Notes: generated from the letters alone by a model not told the origin. 64,000 nt of DNA from Candidatus Latescibacterota bacterium (GCA_965206595.1 OZ242214.1:1440001-1504000), one strand, 5' to 3'. Positions 19,311-33,013 are shown, counted from the first letter of the stretch. Made by a program: numbers and translations.

Positions 19311-21260
19311 CTATTTCTTTTCGGAATCGTCGTCGACAACCTCGTAGTCGGCATCGACGGCCCCGGATGCCCGGGCTTCACCTCCAGCACCGGGGCCCCC
19401 TGCTTCGCCTCCGGCCGCCTGGTCGGAGGCGGGGGCCGCATCGCCCGCCTGCTGCTGGGCTTCTTGGTAAACGATCTCGGCCAGCTTGTGAGAAGCGGCG
19501 TTCAGCTTCTGGACCGCGGCGTCGATCGCCTCGGTATCCCCCTCCTCTTCCAGCATCTTCTTGAGGTCGGCGATCGCATCCTCCACCGGCTTGCGGTCTT
19601 CAGCCGACAGCTTGTCGCCATGCTCGCCGAGCGACTTTTCGCTGGCGTACACCAGTTGATCCGCTTCGTTCCGTTTGTCGACCTGCTCGCGTCGCTTCTG
19701 GTCCTCTTCGGCATGCGCCTCTGCATCCTTCTGCATGCTTTCGATGTCTTCCTGCGACAGGCCGCTCGAAGCTTCGATGCGAATCGACTGTTCCCTGTTG
19801 GTGCCCTTGTCCTGGGCCGAGACGTTGAGGATGCCGTTGGCGTCGATATCGAAAGTCACTTCGACCTGGGGCAGGCCCCGCGGCGCCGCGGGGATCCCGT
19901 CGAGGTGAAAGCGCCCCAGCGTGCGGTTGTCCCTGGCGAATTCCCTCTCCCCCTGCAGGACGTGAACCTCGACGGAGGGCTGGTTGTCTGCCGCTGTCGA
20001 GAACACCTGGCTCTTTTTCGTCGGTATGGTCGTGTTGCGCTCGATAAGGCGGGTCATAACGCCGCCCAGCGTTTCGATGCCGACCGACAGGGGCGTGACG
20101 TCGAGGAGCAGCACGTCATCGACGTCTCCGGACAGGATACCGGCCTGAATGCCCGCCCCGGTCGCCACCACTTCGTCCGGGTTGACGCCTTTGTGCGGCT
20201 CCTTTCCGAACAGCTCCTGCACCAGCTTCTGTACCTTGGGCATGCGCGTCGAGCCCCCGACCAGTATCACCTCGTCGACCTCGGAGGCGTTGATTTCGGC
20301 GTCGCGCAGGGCCTGCTCGCAAGGGACGCGCGTCCTTTGCACGAGGTCCTCGACCAGCTGCTCGAACTTCGCCCGCGAGAGGGTGGCCTGGACATGCTTG
20401 GGCCCGGTCTGGTCGGCGGTTATGAAGGGGAGGTTGATTTCGGTCGCGCCTGCGGAGGACAGCTCGCATTTCGCTTTTTCCGCCGCCTCCTTGAGGCGCT
20501 GAAGCGCCATTGCATCCTTGCGCAGGTCGATTCCCTCGGTCCGCTCGAACTCCTCGGCGATCCAGTCGATGACGCGCTGATCGAAGTCGTCGCCGCCCAG
20601 GTGAGTGTCGCCGTTGGTCGATTTGACCTCGAATACCCCATCCCCCAGCTCGAGAATAGAGATGTCGAAGGTGCCGCCACCGAGGTCGTACACGGCGATC
20701 ATTTCGTTGCGCCCCTCCTTGTCGAGTCCGTAGGCGAGCGCCGCGGCGGTGGGCTCGTTGACGATTCTCAACACCTCCAACCCCGCGATGGCGCCGCTGT
20801 CCTTGGTCGCCTGCCGTTGGGCGTCGTTGAAGTAGGCCGGCACGGTGATGACCGCCTGCCTGACTTCCTCTCCCAGGTAGTCCTCGGCGGTCTGCTTCAT
20901 CTTCTGCAGCACCATCGCCGATATCTCCGGGGGAGTGAACTCGCTGCCGCCGGCTTTGACCACCGCCAAGTCGCGGTTTCCCTTCGCTACCTCGTACGGA
21001 ACCTCGGCGATTTCCTGGGAGACCTCCTCGAAGCGGCGGCCCATGAAGCGCTTGATGGAGAAGACCGTATTCTGCGGATTGGTCACCGCCTGCCGTTTCG
21101 CGGTCTGGCCGACAAGGCGCTCCCCGTCTTTCGCAAACCCGACCATCGAGGGAGTGGTGCGCCCCCCCTCGGCGTTCGAAATCACCGCAGGATCCTTGCC
21201 CTCCATGACGGCCACGCACGAATTTGTCGTACCCAAGTCTATGCCAATAACCTTGGCCAT
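19311..21260 (-). CDS. dnaK: Chaperone DnaK (Hsp70)
   Basis: [25 protein letters not shown]; C-terminal VDADYEVV. Confidence 0.99.
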   Translation of the reverse strand: MAKVIGIDLGTTNSCVAVMEGKDPAVISNAEGGRTTPSMVGFAKDGERLVGQTAKRQAVTNPQNTVFSIKRFMGRRFEEVSQEIAEVPYEVAKGNRDLAVVKAGGSEFTPPEISAMVLQKMKQTAEDYLGEEVRQAVITVPAYFNDAQRQATKDSGAIAGLEVLRIVNEPTAAALAYGLDKEGRNEMIAVYDLGGGTFDISILELGDGVFEVKSTNGDTHLGGDDFDQRVIDWIAEEFERTEGIDLRKDAMALQRLKEAAEKAKCELSSAGATEINLPFITADQTGPKHVQATLSRAKFEQLVEDLVQRTRVPCEQALRDAEINASEVDEVILVGGSTRMPKVQKLVQELFGKEPHKGVNPDEVVATGAGIQAGILSGDVDDVLLLDVTPLSVGIETLGGVMTRLIERNTTIPTKKSQVFSTAADNQPSVEVHVLQGEREFARDNRTLGRFHLDGIPAAPRGLPQVEVTFDIDANGILNVSAQDKGTNREQSIRIEASSGLSQEDIESMQKDAEAHAEEDQKRREQVDKRNEADQLVYASEKSLGEHGDKLSAEDRKPVEDAIADLKKMLEEEGDTEAIDAAVQKLNAASHKLAEIVYQEAQQQAGDAAPASDQAAGGEAGGPGAGGEARASGAVDADYEVVDDDSEKK

Positions 21261-21324
21261 CGCCTTTTCCCTTCTCTTTCTGATTGAGAACTGCGTGCTG
21301 GTGGATAGTTGAGGTTCCTAAGCC

Positions 21325-21339
21325 GCAATTTCTGTGCCA
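21325..21339 (-). promoter_or_regulatory. sigma54 (-24/-12) promoter of dnaK
   Basis: Minus strand TGGCACAGAAATTGC matches TGGCAC-N5-TTGC; about 65 nt upstream of the dnaK start. Confidence 0.8.
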
Positions 21340-21702
21340 GCTAGTCAGTCATTCGATATCCGTTTGTTTATTATAAGGTTAATTCGTTTCACGGGCGAAT
21401 AGGGGAAAATCGAAAAAACTGGCATTATGACTGCTATATATGCAAAAATGGCACATGGGCCCGATCATACGCGCCTGAAATTGACACCCGTCGCATGGCC
21501 CGGGTAGATTAGGTCCTACCCGTTTCCTCCTGGACATACTAGAAGAATCGCGGGTCCGCCCCCCCAACCAGTAAGGAGGTCGAGCCCCGGGAAGGACAGG
21601 TCGGGGAGCGCAATGGCCGCGGTTCCGGGGCCCCTGCACCGATTATGCCCTGCTGATGGGACGACACCTGCTTCCCCCGCATGCAAGGAGAGCAACCACA
21701 GC

Positions 21703-23703
21703 GTGTCTGGATTCGACCTGGTTTCCGAGTACCGGCCTGCCGGCGATCAACCTAGGGCCATTGAAGAACTGGTAACCGGGATCGGCAGCGGACAGCAGTT
21801 CCAGACCCTCCTCGGAGTCACCGGCAGCGGCAAGACCTTTACGATGGCCAATGCCATCCAGCAACTCGGTCGGCCGACTCTCGTCATCTCCCACAACAAG
21901 ACTCTTGCGGCGCAGCTGTACGGCGAGTTTCAGGGGTATTTCCCCGACAGCGCGGTAGAGTACTTCGTCAGCTACTACGACTACTACCAGCCGGAAGCCT
22001 ACCGCCCGGCGACCGACACCTACATCGAGAAGGAGGTCGACCTCAACGAGGAGATCGACCGCTTGCGGTTGCGGGCGATGACCTCCCTGCTCGAACGGCG
22101 CGACGTCGTTATCGTTGCGACCGTTTCCTGCATCTTCGGCCTGGGATCCCCGGTCGAGTTCAGCGAACAGAAGCTGACCCTGCGGGTGGGGGACCGGGTC
22201 GATCGGGACGAGATCCTCCGGCGTCTGATCGACATCTACTACAGCCGCAACGATCTCGAGCTCAAGCGCGGGCACTTCCGCGTGCGCGGGGATATCATCG
22301 AGGTCATCCCCGCCGTTGAGGAGAGGGCTGTCCGCATCGAGCTGTTCGGCGACGAGGTGGAGGCGATTGCGGTGGTCGACGCGATTACCGGCACGACGCG
22401 GGAAAAGAGGGAAGAGGCGACCTTCTATCCCGCCAAGGCGTACGTCACCGACGAGGACAAGACCGAGCGGGCATGCGAGGGAATCCTGCACGAGCTCGAG
22501 GGCCGCCTCCTCGACCTGCGAACGGAGGACAAGCTCCTCGAAGCACACAGGCTGGAGACGCGCACCAAATACGACGTCGAGATGATCCGCGAGATCGGCA
22601 CCTGCCCTGGGATCGAGAACTACAGCCGCTACATGGACGGACGAGAGCCCGGACAGGCGCCGTACGTGTTGATTGACTATTTCCCCGAGGACTACCTGCT
22701 GCTGATCGACGAATCGCACATGACGATCCCGCAGATTCGCGGTATGTGGCGGGGAGACCGGTCGCGCAAGGACATGCTGGTCGAGCACGGTTTTCGCCTG
22801 CCGTCAGCGTACGACAACCGGCCACTCTACTTCGAGGAGTTTGAAGAACGGGCCGGCGACACCGTCTTCGTTTCGGCAACACCGGGGCCGTACGAGCTCG
22901 AACGGTCTGGCGGGGTGATCGTCGAGCAGGTGATCCGGCCCACCGGGCTCGTCGATCCTGAAATCGAGGTGCGTTCACTGGGCAACCAGGTCGACGACCT
23001 AATGGAGGAGATTCGCCGGCGCGCGGAACGGGGGGAGAGAGTGCTGGTTACGACTTTGACGAAAAGAATGGCCGAGCGCCTGACGGAGTACCTCGATCAG
23101 AACGGCTTCCGGGTGCGCTACCTGCACTCCGAGGTCGACACCTTGGATCGCGTCAGCATCCTGCGTGACCTGCGTCTGGGGGAGTTCGACGTGCTTGTGG
23201 GAATAAACCTGCTCCGCGAGGGTCTCGATCTACCCGAGGTTTCTCTCGTTGCCATTCTCGACGCCGACAAGGAGGGATTCCTGCGCTCGGAGCAGTCGCT
23301 GATCCAGACCGTGGGGCGGGCAGCGCGAAACGCCGCCGGACTTGTGATCTTCTACGCCGACAAGATGACCGGTTCCATGCAGCGCACGATCGCCGAAACC
23401 GATCGCCGCCGCCGTTTGCAACAGGAGCACAACGAGGAACACGGCATAGTGCCGCAAACGATCCTGCGCTCCGCGGAGGACATCATGCAGACGACCTCCG
23501 TCCTCGAGCACGCCCGCCAAGACAAGACAGAGGCGGTGCGTGAATCCGCAGCCAACTACGGTGCCGCCAAGGAGGGAGACACTGCCGAGCTCCTGGCCGA
23601 ACTGGAAAAGCGGATGGACCAGGCGGCGGCCGCCCTCGAATTCGAAAAAGCCGCCCAGCTTCGGGACGAGATCAGTCGCCTGCGCGAAAAAGCGGCCGGC
23701 TGA
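21703..23703 (+). CDS. uvrB: Excinuclease ABC subunit B
   Basis: [25 protein letters not shown]-terminal UVR domain; GTG start after AAGGAG. Confidence 0.98.
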   Translation: MSGFDLVSEYRPAGDQPRAIEELVTGIGSGQQFQTLLGVTGSGKTFTMANAIQQLGRPTLVISHNKTLAAQLYGEFQGYFPDSAVEYFVSYYDYYQPEAYRPATDTYIEKEVDLNEEIDRLRLRAMTSLLERRDVVIVATVSCIFGLGSPVEFSEQKLTLRVGDRVDRDEILRRLIDIYYSRNDLELKRGHFRVRGDIIEVIPAVEERAVRIELFGDEVEAIAVVDAITGTTREKREEATFYPAKAYVTDEDKTERACEGILHELEGRLLDLRTEDKLLEAHRLETRTKYDVEMIREIGTCPGIENYSRYMDGREPGQAPYVLIDYFPEDYLLLIDESHMTIPQIRGMWRGDRSRKDMLVEHGFRLPSAYDNRPLYFEEFEERAGDTVFVSATPGPYELERSGGVIVEQVIRPTGLVDPEIEVRSLGNQVDDLMEEIRRRAERGERVLVTTLTKRMAERLTEYLDQNGFRVRYLHSEVDTLDRVSILRDLRLGEFDVLVGINLLREGLDLPEVSLVAILDADKEGFLRSEQSLIQTVGRAARNAAGLVIFYADKMTGSMQRTIAETDRRRRLQQEHNEEHGIVPQTILRSAEDIMQTTSVLEHARQDKTEAVRESAANYGAAKEGDTAELLAELEKRMDQAAAALEFEKAAQLRDEISRLREKAAG

Positions 23704-23878
23704 GAGCTCCGCGTCGGGTATCGGGCCCGTCCTTGTCTGGTGCATTTCCGGGTATTTCTACGGGAATTCCCGTGATTGACCATGCCAGTCCGGGGAAGTA
23801 CATTGGGCCTTTCGTCAGCCGCTGCCACTGCGGTCTACGCCTCGTAATCCCCGGACATACAACCAGAAAAACAGTCTC

Positions 23879-24631
23879 ATGGCGAGTAGCACTGGACCGG
23901 TAATCGTCGACGTTCAAGATGTTACGATGGTGTACAACGCCAGGAATCGGGACGAATCCACTCATGTCCACGCGCTGAGGGGGCTCACCCTGCAGGTGTT
24001 GGAAAACGAGTTTTTCGCCATAATGGGGCCGTCGGGATCCGGCAAGAGCACCTTGTTCAATCAGATCGGGGCCCTGCAGACCCCGACCTCGGGGCAGGTG
24101 CTTATTGAAGGCATCAATCTCGCATCCCTGTCGCCGCAGCAGCTAGCCGCCGTCCGTTGTTTCGAGCTGGGGTACATCTTTCAGACCTACAACCTGCTGC
24201 CGGTCATGAGCGCCCTGATGAACGTGTCGCTGCCGACGATATTTGCCGGCATGTCCACGGCGGAAGGAGAAGAGCGGGCGATGGAGTGCCTGCGCATCGT
24301 CGGGCTGGATGACAGGGCCCATCACCTTCCTTCGGAGTTGAGCGGCGGACAGATGCAACGGGTCGCCATCGCCCGGGCTTTCGTCAACAAGCCCCGCATA
24401 ATCCTGGCCGATGAACCGACGGGCAATCTCGACAGCAATACCGGTCAGGAAATCATCGATCATATGAAGAACCTGCAGGAGGAATCCGGCACTACCATCA
24501 TCACTGTGACCCACGATGACAAGATGCTCTCCGCCGCGGACAGGATGGCTTGGATCCGGGACGGCAAACTCGAGCGGATCGCCAACCGCGAGGATATCGA
24601 AATCCGTATGGGAAGCATCAGGGAGCACTAG
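23879..24631 (+). CDS. ABC transporter ATP-binding protein (LolD/MacB-like)
   Basis: [27 protein letters not shown]. Confidence 0.93.
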   Translation: MASSTGPVIVDVQDVTMVYNARNRDESTHVHALRGLTLQVLENEFFAIMGPSGSGKSTLFNQIGALQTPTSGQVLIEGINLASLSPQQLAAVRCFELGYIFQTYNLLPVMSALMNVSLPTIFAGMSTAEGEERAMECLRIVGLDDRAHHLPSELSGGQMQRVAIARAFVNKPRIILADEPTGNLDSNTGQEIIDHMKNLQEESGTTIITVTHDDKMLSAADRMAWIRDGKLERIANREDIEIRMGSIREH

Positions 24632-24666
24632 CAGCACAGGGTTCCCTTGGGATATCCCGGTCGGGC

Positions 24667-25626
24667 TCAGCGAAGCTGGGCCCTTCTTTTTTCCAGGCCC
24701 TCCCTGAGAAACAACTCACGGTTCCCAAAAGCTCCAGCCAAGGTCAGGCCGCCGTCTACGGCGATCAGTTGACCGGTCATGAACGGCAGGCGAACAAAAG
24801 CGAAGGCCGCCTCCGCTATTTCCCCGGCTGTGCCAATGCGGGGGATCGCCTGGGCTCCCCCTTCTGCCATCAGGCCGTAAGTATCGGCCACCGTGAATTC
24901 CTCGCCCGAGTCCGGGTCCGACAGTCCCGAGGGGCGGCGCGTCAACGGAGTGTCGATAACTCCCGGACGCAGCGCGTTGGCCGTGATATTGTAGCGTCCG
25001 CCTTCGAGAGCAGCGCCGATGACGGCGTGATTCAGTCCCGCCTTGCTTACTCCATATGGAATGCGAGTCGACTCCGGAGCCACGTCGGAGATCGATGTAA
25101 TGAAGAGAATGCTGCGGTGTGCGGGCTGATCCCCCCGGGCCTGTTCCGCCTCTGATTGAGCGATCATATGCTGCAATGCGCGCTGCGCCAGGCGGTAGGC
25201 CCCTTTCAAATTGAGGTCGAGGACGCGCTCCATCTCGCCGTCGAGATGCTCCGGCGGGCACTCGTGGAAGCGGAATCGCTGCAGTTGGCCGCTGTCATCC
25301 TTGAGGTAGTTGACGATGCCGCTGTTGCTGATGGCGACGTCGAGTCTCCCGAACTGTTCGAAGGCCTCATCGACGAGTCGGAACGGCTCGTCCCGTTGCG
25401 CCAAATCCGCGCCGATGCAGAGGGCCTCGACCCCGTCCCGGGAACGGATCGAGTCGGCGATCTCCTCAGCTCTCTCGCGTCCGGAATGGTAGTTGATGAC
25501 TACGTCGTAGCCGTTGCTGGCAAAACAGCGGACCATGGCCTCCCCGATCCCGCTGCTGGATCCAGACACGAGGCATACTGGTCGGCTGGCCACCGTATGG
25601 GTTTGTTCCGGCTGGAGGCGCGACAA
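24667..25626 (-). CDS. SDR family oxidoreductase
   Basis: SGSSSGIG, YGVSK, VDGG. Confidence 0.9.
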   Translation of the reverse strand: MSRLQPEQTHTVASRPVCLVSGSSSGIGEAMVRCFASNGYDVVINYHSGRERAEEIADSIRSRDGVEALCIGADLAQRDEPFRLVDEAFEQFGRLDVAISNSGIVNYLKDDSGQLQRFRFHECPPEHLDGEMERVLDLNLKGAYRLAQRALQHMIAQSEAEQARGDQPAHRSILFITSISDVAPESTRIPYGVSKAGLNHAVIGAALEGGRYNITANALRPGVIDTPLTRRPSGLSDPDSGEEFTVADTYGLMAEGGAQAIPRIGTAGEIAEAAFAFVRLPFMTGQLIAVDGGLTLAGAFGNRELFLREGLEKRRAQLR

Positions 25627-25639
25627 ATGCGCTCGCCGG

Positions 25640-26638
25640 TCAAGCGAGCACAGGTTTCCCCCTCATCGAGCGGACGGCTTCGATGACTTGGTCGACACTG
25701 GGAATGGTGGGCATTTCGAGGGATGGACTGAAGGGCACGGGAACATCCGCAGCAGCGATTCGCATCACCGGCGCGTCGAGGTAATCGAAGGCCGCCTCGC
25801 TGATCCGGGAGGCTATCTCCCCGGTGACTCCGTAGCGGGCGGCGCCCTCGTCGATGACGACGGCGTACCCCGTTTTGCGCACCGACGCGACCAGCGTTTC
25901 GGTATCCAGAGGAAACAGGGTGCGGGGGTCAACGACTTCGGCACTGATTCTTTCTGCTTCCAGGGCGGAGGCCGCTTCGAGTGCAACTCCAACCATGCTC
26001 GACGTTCCGATCAGGGTGACATCGCTGCCTTGGCGGCGAATCGCCGCCTCCCCGAACGGTATGGTGTACTCCTGGCGAGGTACCGGGCCAACATCGTTGT
26101 ACATCATCTTGTCTTCAAAAACGAGCACCGGGTTGTCGTCGCGAATGGCGGTCTTGAGGAGCCCCTTCACGTCTTCGGGACAGGAGGGAACAGCGACCTT
26201 GAGCCCGGGGATGTGGGCAAACAAGGCGTGCAGACTCTGCGAGTGCTGGGCGGCGGAAGAACGCCCTGCACCCATGGAAAGACGTACTGTCAGGCAGACC
26301 TTGCACTGGCCTCCGGTCATGTAGCGGACTTTGGCCGCCTGGTTTACCAACTGGTCCATCGTCAACAGGGAAAAGTCGCCGAACATCAATTCTGCAATTG
26401 GACGCATTCCCGTCATCGCGGCACCGACGCTTACACCGATATAGCCGGCCTCCGCGATGGGAGCATCAATAACCCGTTCCCCGCCGAACTCCTCGAACAG
26501 TCCCTCGCTGCACTTGAAGATGCCGCCCGATTTGCCGACATCCTCGCCCATAAGGAAGACTGTCTCATCGCGACGCATTTCCTCGGCCATAGCCTCGATG
26601 ATGGCCTCTCTGAAACTGATTTGGGCGATCTCAGGCAT
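25640..26638 (-). CDS. TPP-dependent (pyruvate/acetoin-type) dehydrogenase E1 beta subunit
   Basis: MGEDVG, DAPIAE, QHSQS, VVDPRTL. Confidence 0.93.
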   Translation of the reverse strand: MPEIAQISFREAIIEAMAEEMRRDETVFLMGEDVGKSGGIFKCSEGLFEEFGGERVIDAPIAEAGYIGVSVGAAMTGMRPIAELMFGDFSLLTMDQLVNQAAKVRYMTGGQCKVCLTVRLSMGAGRSSAAQHSQSLHALFAHIPGLKVAVPSCPEDVKGLLKTAIRDDNPVLVFEDKMMYNDVGPVPRQEYTIPFGEAAIRRQGSDVTLIGTSSMVGVALEAASALEAERISAEVVDPRTLFPLDTETLVASVRKTGYAVVIDEGAARYGVTGEIASRISEAAFDYLDAPVMRIAAADVPVPFSPSLEMPTIPSVDQVIEAVRSMRGKPVLA

Positions 26639-27725
26639 AGATATCCTCAAAGGCCTGTTCGGGCGGCGGGAGCTCGGCTTTGCGTCCGAACTCAACCGCT
26701 TCGACGACTTCGGCTTCGACCTGATCTTCGAGCGCCTTGAGTTCCGACTTGCTCGCCATCTTCCAAGCGATCATCTGCCCCCCAAGGCGGTTGATCGGAT
26801 CTTTGTTCTGCATCCACCAGTCGAGCTCCTCTTTGGTGCGGTACCCGGCGGCGTCGCCGACGTGATGCCCTCGATACCGGTAGGTGTCGGCTTCGATGAA
26901 GGTCGGGCCGTTGCCACTGCGCGCTTTCTCCACTGCCCTGGAGACGCCCCTGTACATTTCGACCACTCCTGAGCCGTCGAGCCGGACACCCTCCAAGCCC
27001 AGTCCGGCTGCCCGCTTTACTATCTGATCGACGCCGGTGACCTTGTCGAATGGGGTATGCTCCCCGTACTGGTTGTTTTCGCAGATGTAGACCACCGGCA
27101 ACCCCCAGATGACTGCCATGTTCACGGTCTCGAGAAGGATGCCTTGATTCGCGGCTCCGTCACCGAAGAAACAGATGGCAACCTGGTTTGAGCCGCGCAT
27201 CTTGGCAGACAGTGCCGCACCGGTGGCGATGCCGAAGCTCCCCCCGACAATGCCGTTTGCACCGAGGTTGCCTCTGGAGAAGTCGGCGATGTGCATCGAT
27301 CCCCCCTTGCCGCGGCAGTATCCGGCTTCCTTGCCCATGATCTCCGCCATCATCCGGTCGAGGGCAGCTCCCTTAGCGAGGCAATGGCCGTGTCCCCGGT
27401 GGGTGCTAGTGATGTAGTCCTCCTCGCGAAGAGCCGAACAGGCGCCGACTGCGATCCCCTCTTCCCCTATGTACAGATGCGCCAGTCCTGGCATCAGTCC
27501 GCGGGTGTACACGTCCCATACATGTTCTTCGAACTTGCGTATCTCCCACATCCTCCGGTACATACCCCACGCCAAATCGGAGTCTATCTTGGCTGTTTCC
27601 CGGCGGCGGACGGGGCCGGAGCCGATACGGGCAGGGGGGATCTTCCCAGAGTTCCCGGCTTTTTTCACCGGGGACTTGGCCGTCTTCCTTTTGCCGGTGG
27701 TTTTCGATTTCTGCTTTTGCGCCAT
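26631..27725 (-). CDS. TPP-dependent (acetoin-type) dehydrogenase E1 alpha subunit
   Basis: HRGHGH, GGSMH, GDGAANQG...ENNQY, TYRYRGH; Lys-rich N-terminal extension. Confidence 0.93.
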   Translation of the reverse strand: MAQKQKSKTTGKRKTAKSPVKKAGNSGKIPPARIGSGPVRRRETAKIDSDLAWGMYRRMWEIRKFEEHVWDVYTRGLMPGLAHLYIGEEGIAVGACSALREEDYITSTHRGHGHCLAKGAALDRMMAEIMGKEAGYCRGKGGSMHIADFSRGNLGANGIVGGSFGIATGAALSAKMRGSNQVAICFFGDGAANQGILLETVNMAVIWGLPVVYICENNQYGEHTPFDKVTGVDQIVKRAAGLGLEGVRLDGSGVVEMYRGVSRAVEKARSGNGPTFIEADTYRYRGHHVGDAAGYRTKEELDWWMQNKDPINRLGGQMIAWKMASKSELKALEDQVEAEVVEAVEFGRKAELPPPEQAFEDIYA

Positions 27726-27888
27726 GGTCGTCTCAGCTGCCGCCCCCGCGGCGTGAAGTTATTCGAGTCCTGTGACAAATCCAGAAAGATAGACGCCGAT
27801 TGCCGAAAGCGTCAACACCGCCCGGATCCTCTGAAAACGCCGGAAGAGGCCTCCCGCACCCCCGGAAATGCCGGTTGCGGCAGGCACG

Positions 27889-27918
27889 AAAAAAGGCAGT
27901 GGCGAGTCGCCACTGCCT
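27889..27918 (-). terminator. Rho-independent terminator after the ferredoxin gene
   Basis: AGGCAGTGGCG-AGT-CGCCACTGCCT stem; A run on plus strand gives a U tail on minus. Confidence 0.8.
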
Positions 27919-27942
27919 GCAATCGAACGAATTGGTCGACGG

Positions 27943-28194
27943 CTACTTGTTCTTGAAGTAGTTGGCGTTGATCTCGATATAGTTGTGCCACTCTTCGGGG
28001 AGATCTTCCTCGGCGAAGATCGCTTCTACCGGGCACTCCGGCTCGCAGGCCCCGCAGTCGATGCACTCGTCCGGGTCGATGTAGAGCATGTTGACACCCT
28101 CACCGTCCGTGGGATGGATGCAATCGACCGGACAAACCTCGACACAGCCCTTGTCCTTTACATCAATGCACGGCTCGGCGATGACGTACGTCAT
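27943..28194 (-). CDS. Ferredoxin (7Fe/dicluster type)
   Basis: C-x7-C-x3-CP and [12 protein letters not shown]. Confidence 0.95.
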   Translation of the reverse strand: MTYVIAEPCIDVKDKGCVEVCPVDCIHPTDGEGVNMLYIDPDECIDCGACEPECPVEAIFAEEDLPEEWHNYIEINANYFKNK

Positions 28195-28259
28195 TTTTTC
28201 CCTTCCTGCTTCTTTTCAGAAATGGTTCCAGCGGCGAAATAAAAAAACCGGATAGTTCG

Positions 28260-28288
28260 TATATACAGACGGCCAAATGAACTGTCAA
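28260..28288 (-). promoter_or_regulatory. Putative sigma70 promoter of the ferredoxin gene
   Basis: TTGACA-N17-TATATA on the minus strand. Confidence 0.55.
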
Positions 28289-28428
28289 GAAAACGGAAGG
28301 GAGCACCACCAAGCAGCTTATCCACAGGGGTGAGGGAATGAAGAACGAATACCCGGGATTCGCCGGTCGAGGGTTGGCGTAGCAGCGGCGCCTGGGGAAG
28401 GAATGCTATGGCCGAAAGAGGGGAGGTA

Positions 28429-29007
28429 TCAAGCGCGGCAAACGTTTTTCAGCAGGGTCTCGACATCGAAATCGCCGGCGACCTTGATTCGCAGGATGAA
28501 GCGCTGCCTGGGGTCGGGGTCGCGATCGATGGCAACATCTGCGCCCGGATATACGCTACCGAGGACGGAGCGGAGATGCGGTTCCAGCACCGAAGCCGTC
28601 TCCTCGGTGTTGGGTGCGTTGAGCCGGTCGTTGACAGTCAACAAAAGCTCATCCCCGCGGAAGCGAACCTTCCCGGCGAGCCCCGATTCTCTTTCCAGCC
28701 TTCGGCATGCCTGGAGTGTAGTCATCAAGGCACGCCGAAGGCGTTCCCCGAGCCCTCCACCGATTTCTACCTTGCGGGCGCAGTACAGTCCAAGGCGGCG
28801 GTCGCTGCAGTCGAGTGCGTAGTTGTGCTCGTGCCCGACAAGCAGCGTTCGCGGTCCGTCGGGAACATGGCTGTAGTCGGCGACGTCGACGAGGGTTTCT
28901 TCACTCGTTTCCGGAATCCACGCGTTGAAGACGCGAAAGGCCTCTTCGGCGCTTATCGACGATTCTTCCTCGAGAAAGAACTTGACTTCGATCCGCTGCA
29001 GGTCCAT
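28429..29007 (-). CDS. Hypothetical protein co-transcribed with the sulfite/nitrite reductase
   Basis: 192-aa ORF starting 6 nt after the reductase stop; protein-like composition. Confidence 0.8.
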   Translation of the reverse strand: MDLQRIEVKFFLEEESSISAEEAFRVFNAWIPETSEETLVDVADYSHVPDGPRTLLVGHEHNYALDCSDRRLGLYCARKVEIGGGLGERLRRALMTTLQACRRLERESGLAGKVRFRGDELLLTVNDRLNAPNTEETASVLEPHLRSVLGSVYPGADVAIDRDPDPRQRFILRIKVAGDFDVETLLKNVCRA

Positions 29008-29013
29008 GTCTGC

Positions 29014-31269
<2,256 letters not shown>

Positions 31270-31481
31270 GGGAATGTCCCCCTGGTCCCGCAGTCGTGGT
31301 GAGGTCGCCTTGCAGGCGAAGCCGGCCAACCGGCTCCGAGAGCCGGTGCTGAGCCGAATGAAAAACGGCGCGGAATCTGAACTTCAAGCCCGTACGTTAA
31401 GGTGGTGGGGCGTAAAGTGTCAACCACCATGGAGAGCGATATCGAGCCCCGTTCTCCTCCGGTTGCGGGTTCGGATGGCGA

Positions 31482-31510
31482 TTGACACCCCGCCGGGGCC
31501 CCGGTATTAT
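31482..31510 (+). promoter_or_regulatory. Putative sigma70 promoter of the Nramp-family gene cluster
   Basis: TTGACA-N17-TATTAT. Confidence 0.55.
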
Positions 31511-31588
31511 GAACGCCCGATTTTTCCACATCTTTCTGCGGCAGGCCATGCCTCCGGATGCCGAACGCCGCCACCGAGCATTTCCCGA

Positions 31589-33013
31589 ATGCCCCAGCCA
31601 CTGAGTTATCCCGAGCCACCCGAGACGCTACGCCGCGGCAGCCCTTGGGCCTGTCTTAAATTCTTCGGTCCGGGAGCTATCATCGCCTCGGTCACCATCG
31701 GCAGCGGGGAGACGGTTTTCGCCTCCCGCGGCGGGGCGGTGTTCGGATACGCCTTGCTGTGGTGTTTCGTCGGCGGCGGTATCATGAAGTTCGTCCAGGT
31801 CTACAGCGCCGCCCGCTACATCACGCTGACAGGGGAGCATCCGATCGAGCGCTGGAAGCACCTGCCAGGGCCACAAGGCTGGGCAGTGTGGATCCTGGCA
31901 ATCGGCACCCTCCTCTGCTTCCCGCTGTGGTTGTCGGGGCTGCCGAAAATGCTGGGTGGCCTCACGGTCTGGATCTTCGACCTCGGGGAACAGCAAATGT
32001 GGGGGGATCCGCATGTTTGGGGAACCGCCTTCGTAGTCGCTGCCATTACTTGGACCATGGTGCAGAGCTACGCACTGCTCGAGCGCGTCCAAACCCTGAT
32101 CGTGGGCCTGCTCCTGATCTTTATACTGATCGCGGTCTTCGTCACCGATCCCGACTGGCTGGCCGTAGCATACGGGACAATCGTGCCGAGCATTCCTGCG
32201 TATCAGCCATGGCTCCTTGAGAAGTACCCCGAAGTGGAGTCGCGGTCCCCCTGGATCGAGCTCGGTACCTATCTCGGGGCCATCGGCGGCGGCACCCAGG
32301 ATTATTTCGGTTATATCGGCATGCTGCGTGAGAAGGGCTGGGGACTGCTGGGCAAGCGCGTGATAGGCGATTCCTCCGGAGTTTCGTTGAACAAACAACC
32401 GGACAACCTGGCCAGGGGGCGGATCTGGCTGCGCGCACCTCTCATCGATTCCGTCGGATCTTTCGCCTGTATCGTCCTGTTCACGATGGCGTTCATGATC
32501 CTCGGAGCCGTCATCCTCCATCCGCAGCAGATCGTTCCCTCCGGCCTGCAGCTGCTATCGGTGCAGGCGGAATTTCTGACCCGGCTTGATCCCCGCCTTC
32601 TTTATCTCTACCAAGTCGGCGTCTTCATCGCCTTCATGGGGACGATTATGGGAGCCTACGAGCTGTACGTGCGCACGACTCATGAGTGTCTGAGGCTAAT
32701 GGTTGCAAAGGTCAGGGACATGCCCTTGTCGCAATTGCGGATCTGGGTGGTCGCCTATTGCGGCATTTTTGGAGTCGCCATCATGTGGCTGGGGGGCAAT
32801 CCCGTGCAGATCGTAACCCCGGCGGCCATTTTCGGCGGCGTTCTGACGTGCGGACTCTGGTGCCTTCTGATGGTCTGGACAGACCGCCGCTTCCTGCCGC
32901 CAGAATTGCAGATGAAGCTGCCCCTTCTCGTTCTCAATATCGCCAGCGGCCTGTTCCTTCTCGGGTGGGGTGTTCGGGGCGTTTTCGATTTTGTCCTGTC
33001 GCTGGCAGAGTGA
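31589..33013 (+). CDS. Nramp-related (APC superfamily) transporter
   Basis: GPGAIIASVTIGSGE and GAVFGYALLW; about 11 TM segments. Confidence 0.82.
   Translation: MPQPLSYPEPPETLRRGSPWACLKFFGPGAIIASVTIGSGETVFASRGGAVFGYALLWCFVGGGIMKFVQVYSAARYITLTGEHPIERWKHLPGPQGWAVWILAIGTLLCFPLWLSGLPKMLGGLTVWIFDLGEQQMWGDPHVWGTAFVVAAITWTMVQSYALLERVQTLIVGLLLIFILIAVFVTDPDWLAVAYGTIVPSIPAYQPWLLEKYPEVESRSPWIELGTYLGAIGGGTQDYFGYIGMLREKGWGLLGKRVIGDSSGVSLNKQPDNLARGRIWLRAPLIDSVGSFACIVLFTMAFMILGAVILHPQQIVPSGLQLLSVQAEFLTRLDPRLLYLYQVGVFIAFMGTIMGAYELYVRTTHECLRLMVAKVRDMPLSQLRIWVVAYCGIFGVAIMWLGGNPVQIVTPAAIFGGVLTCGLWCLLMVWTDRRFLPPELQMKLPLLVLNIASGLFLLGWGVRGVFDFVLSLAE

Noticed and set aside
31270-31400. SAM riboswitch upstream of the sulfite/nitrite reductase
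   Set aside because: Small hairpins are present, but no SAM-I/II consensus was recognised.
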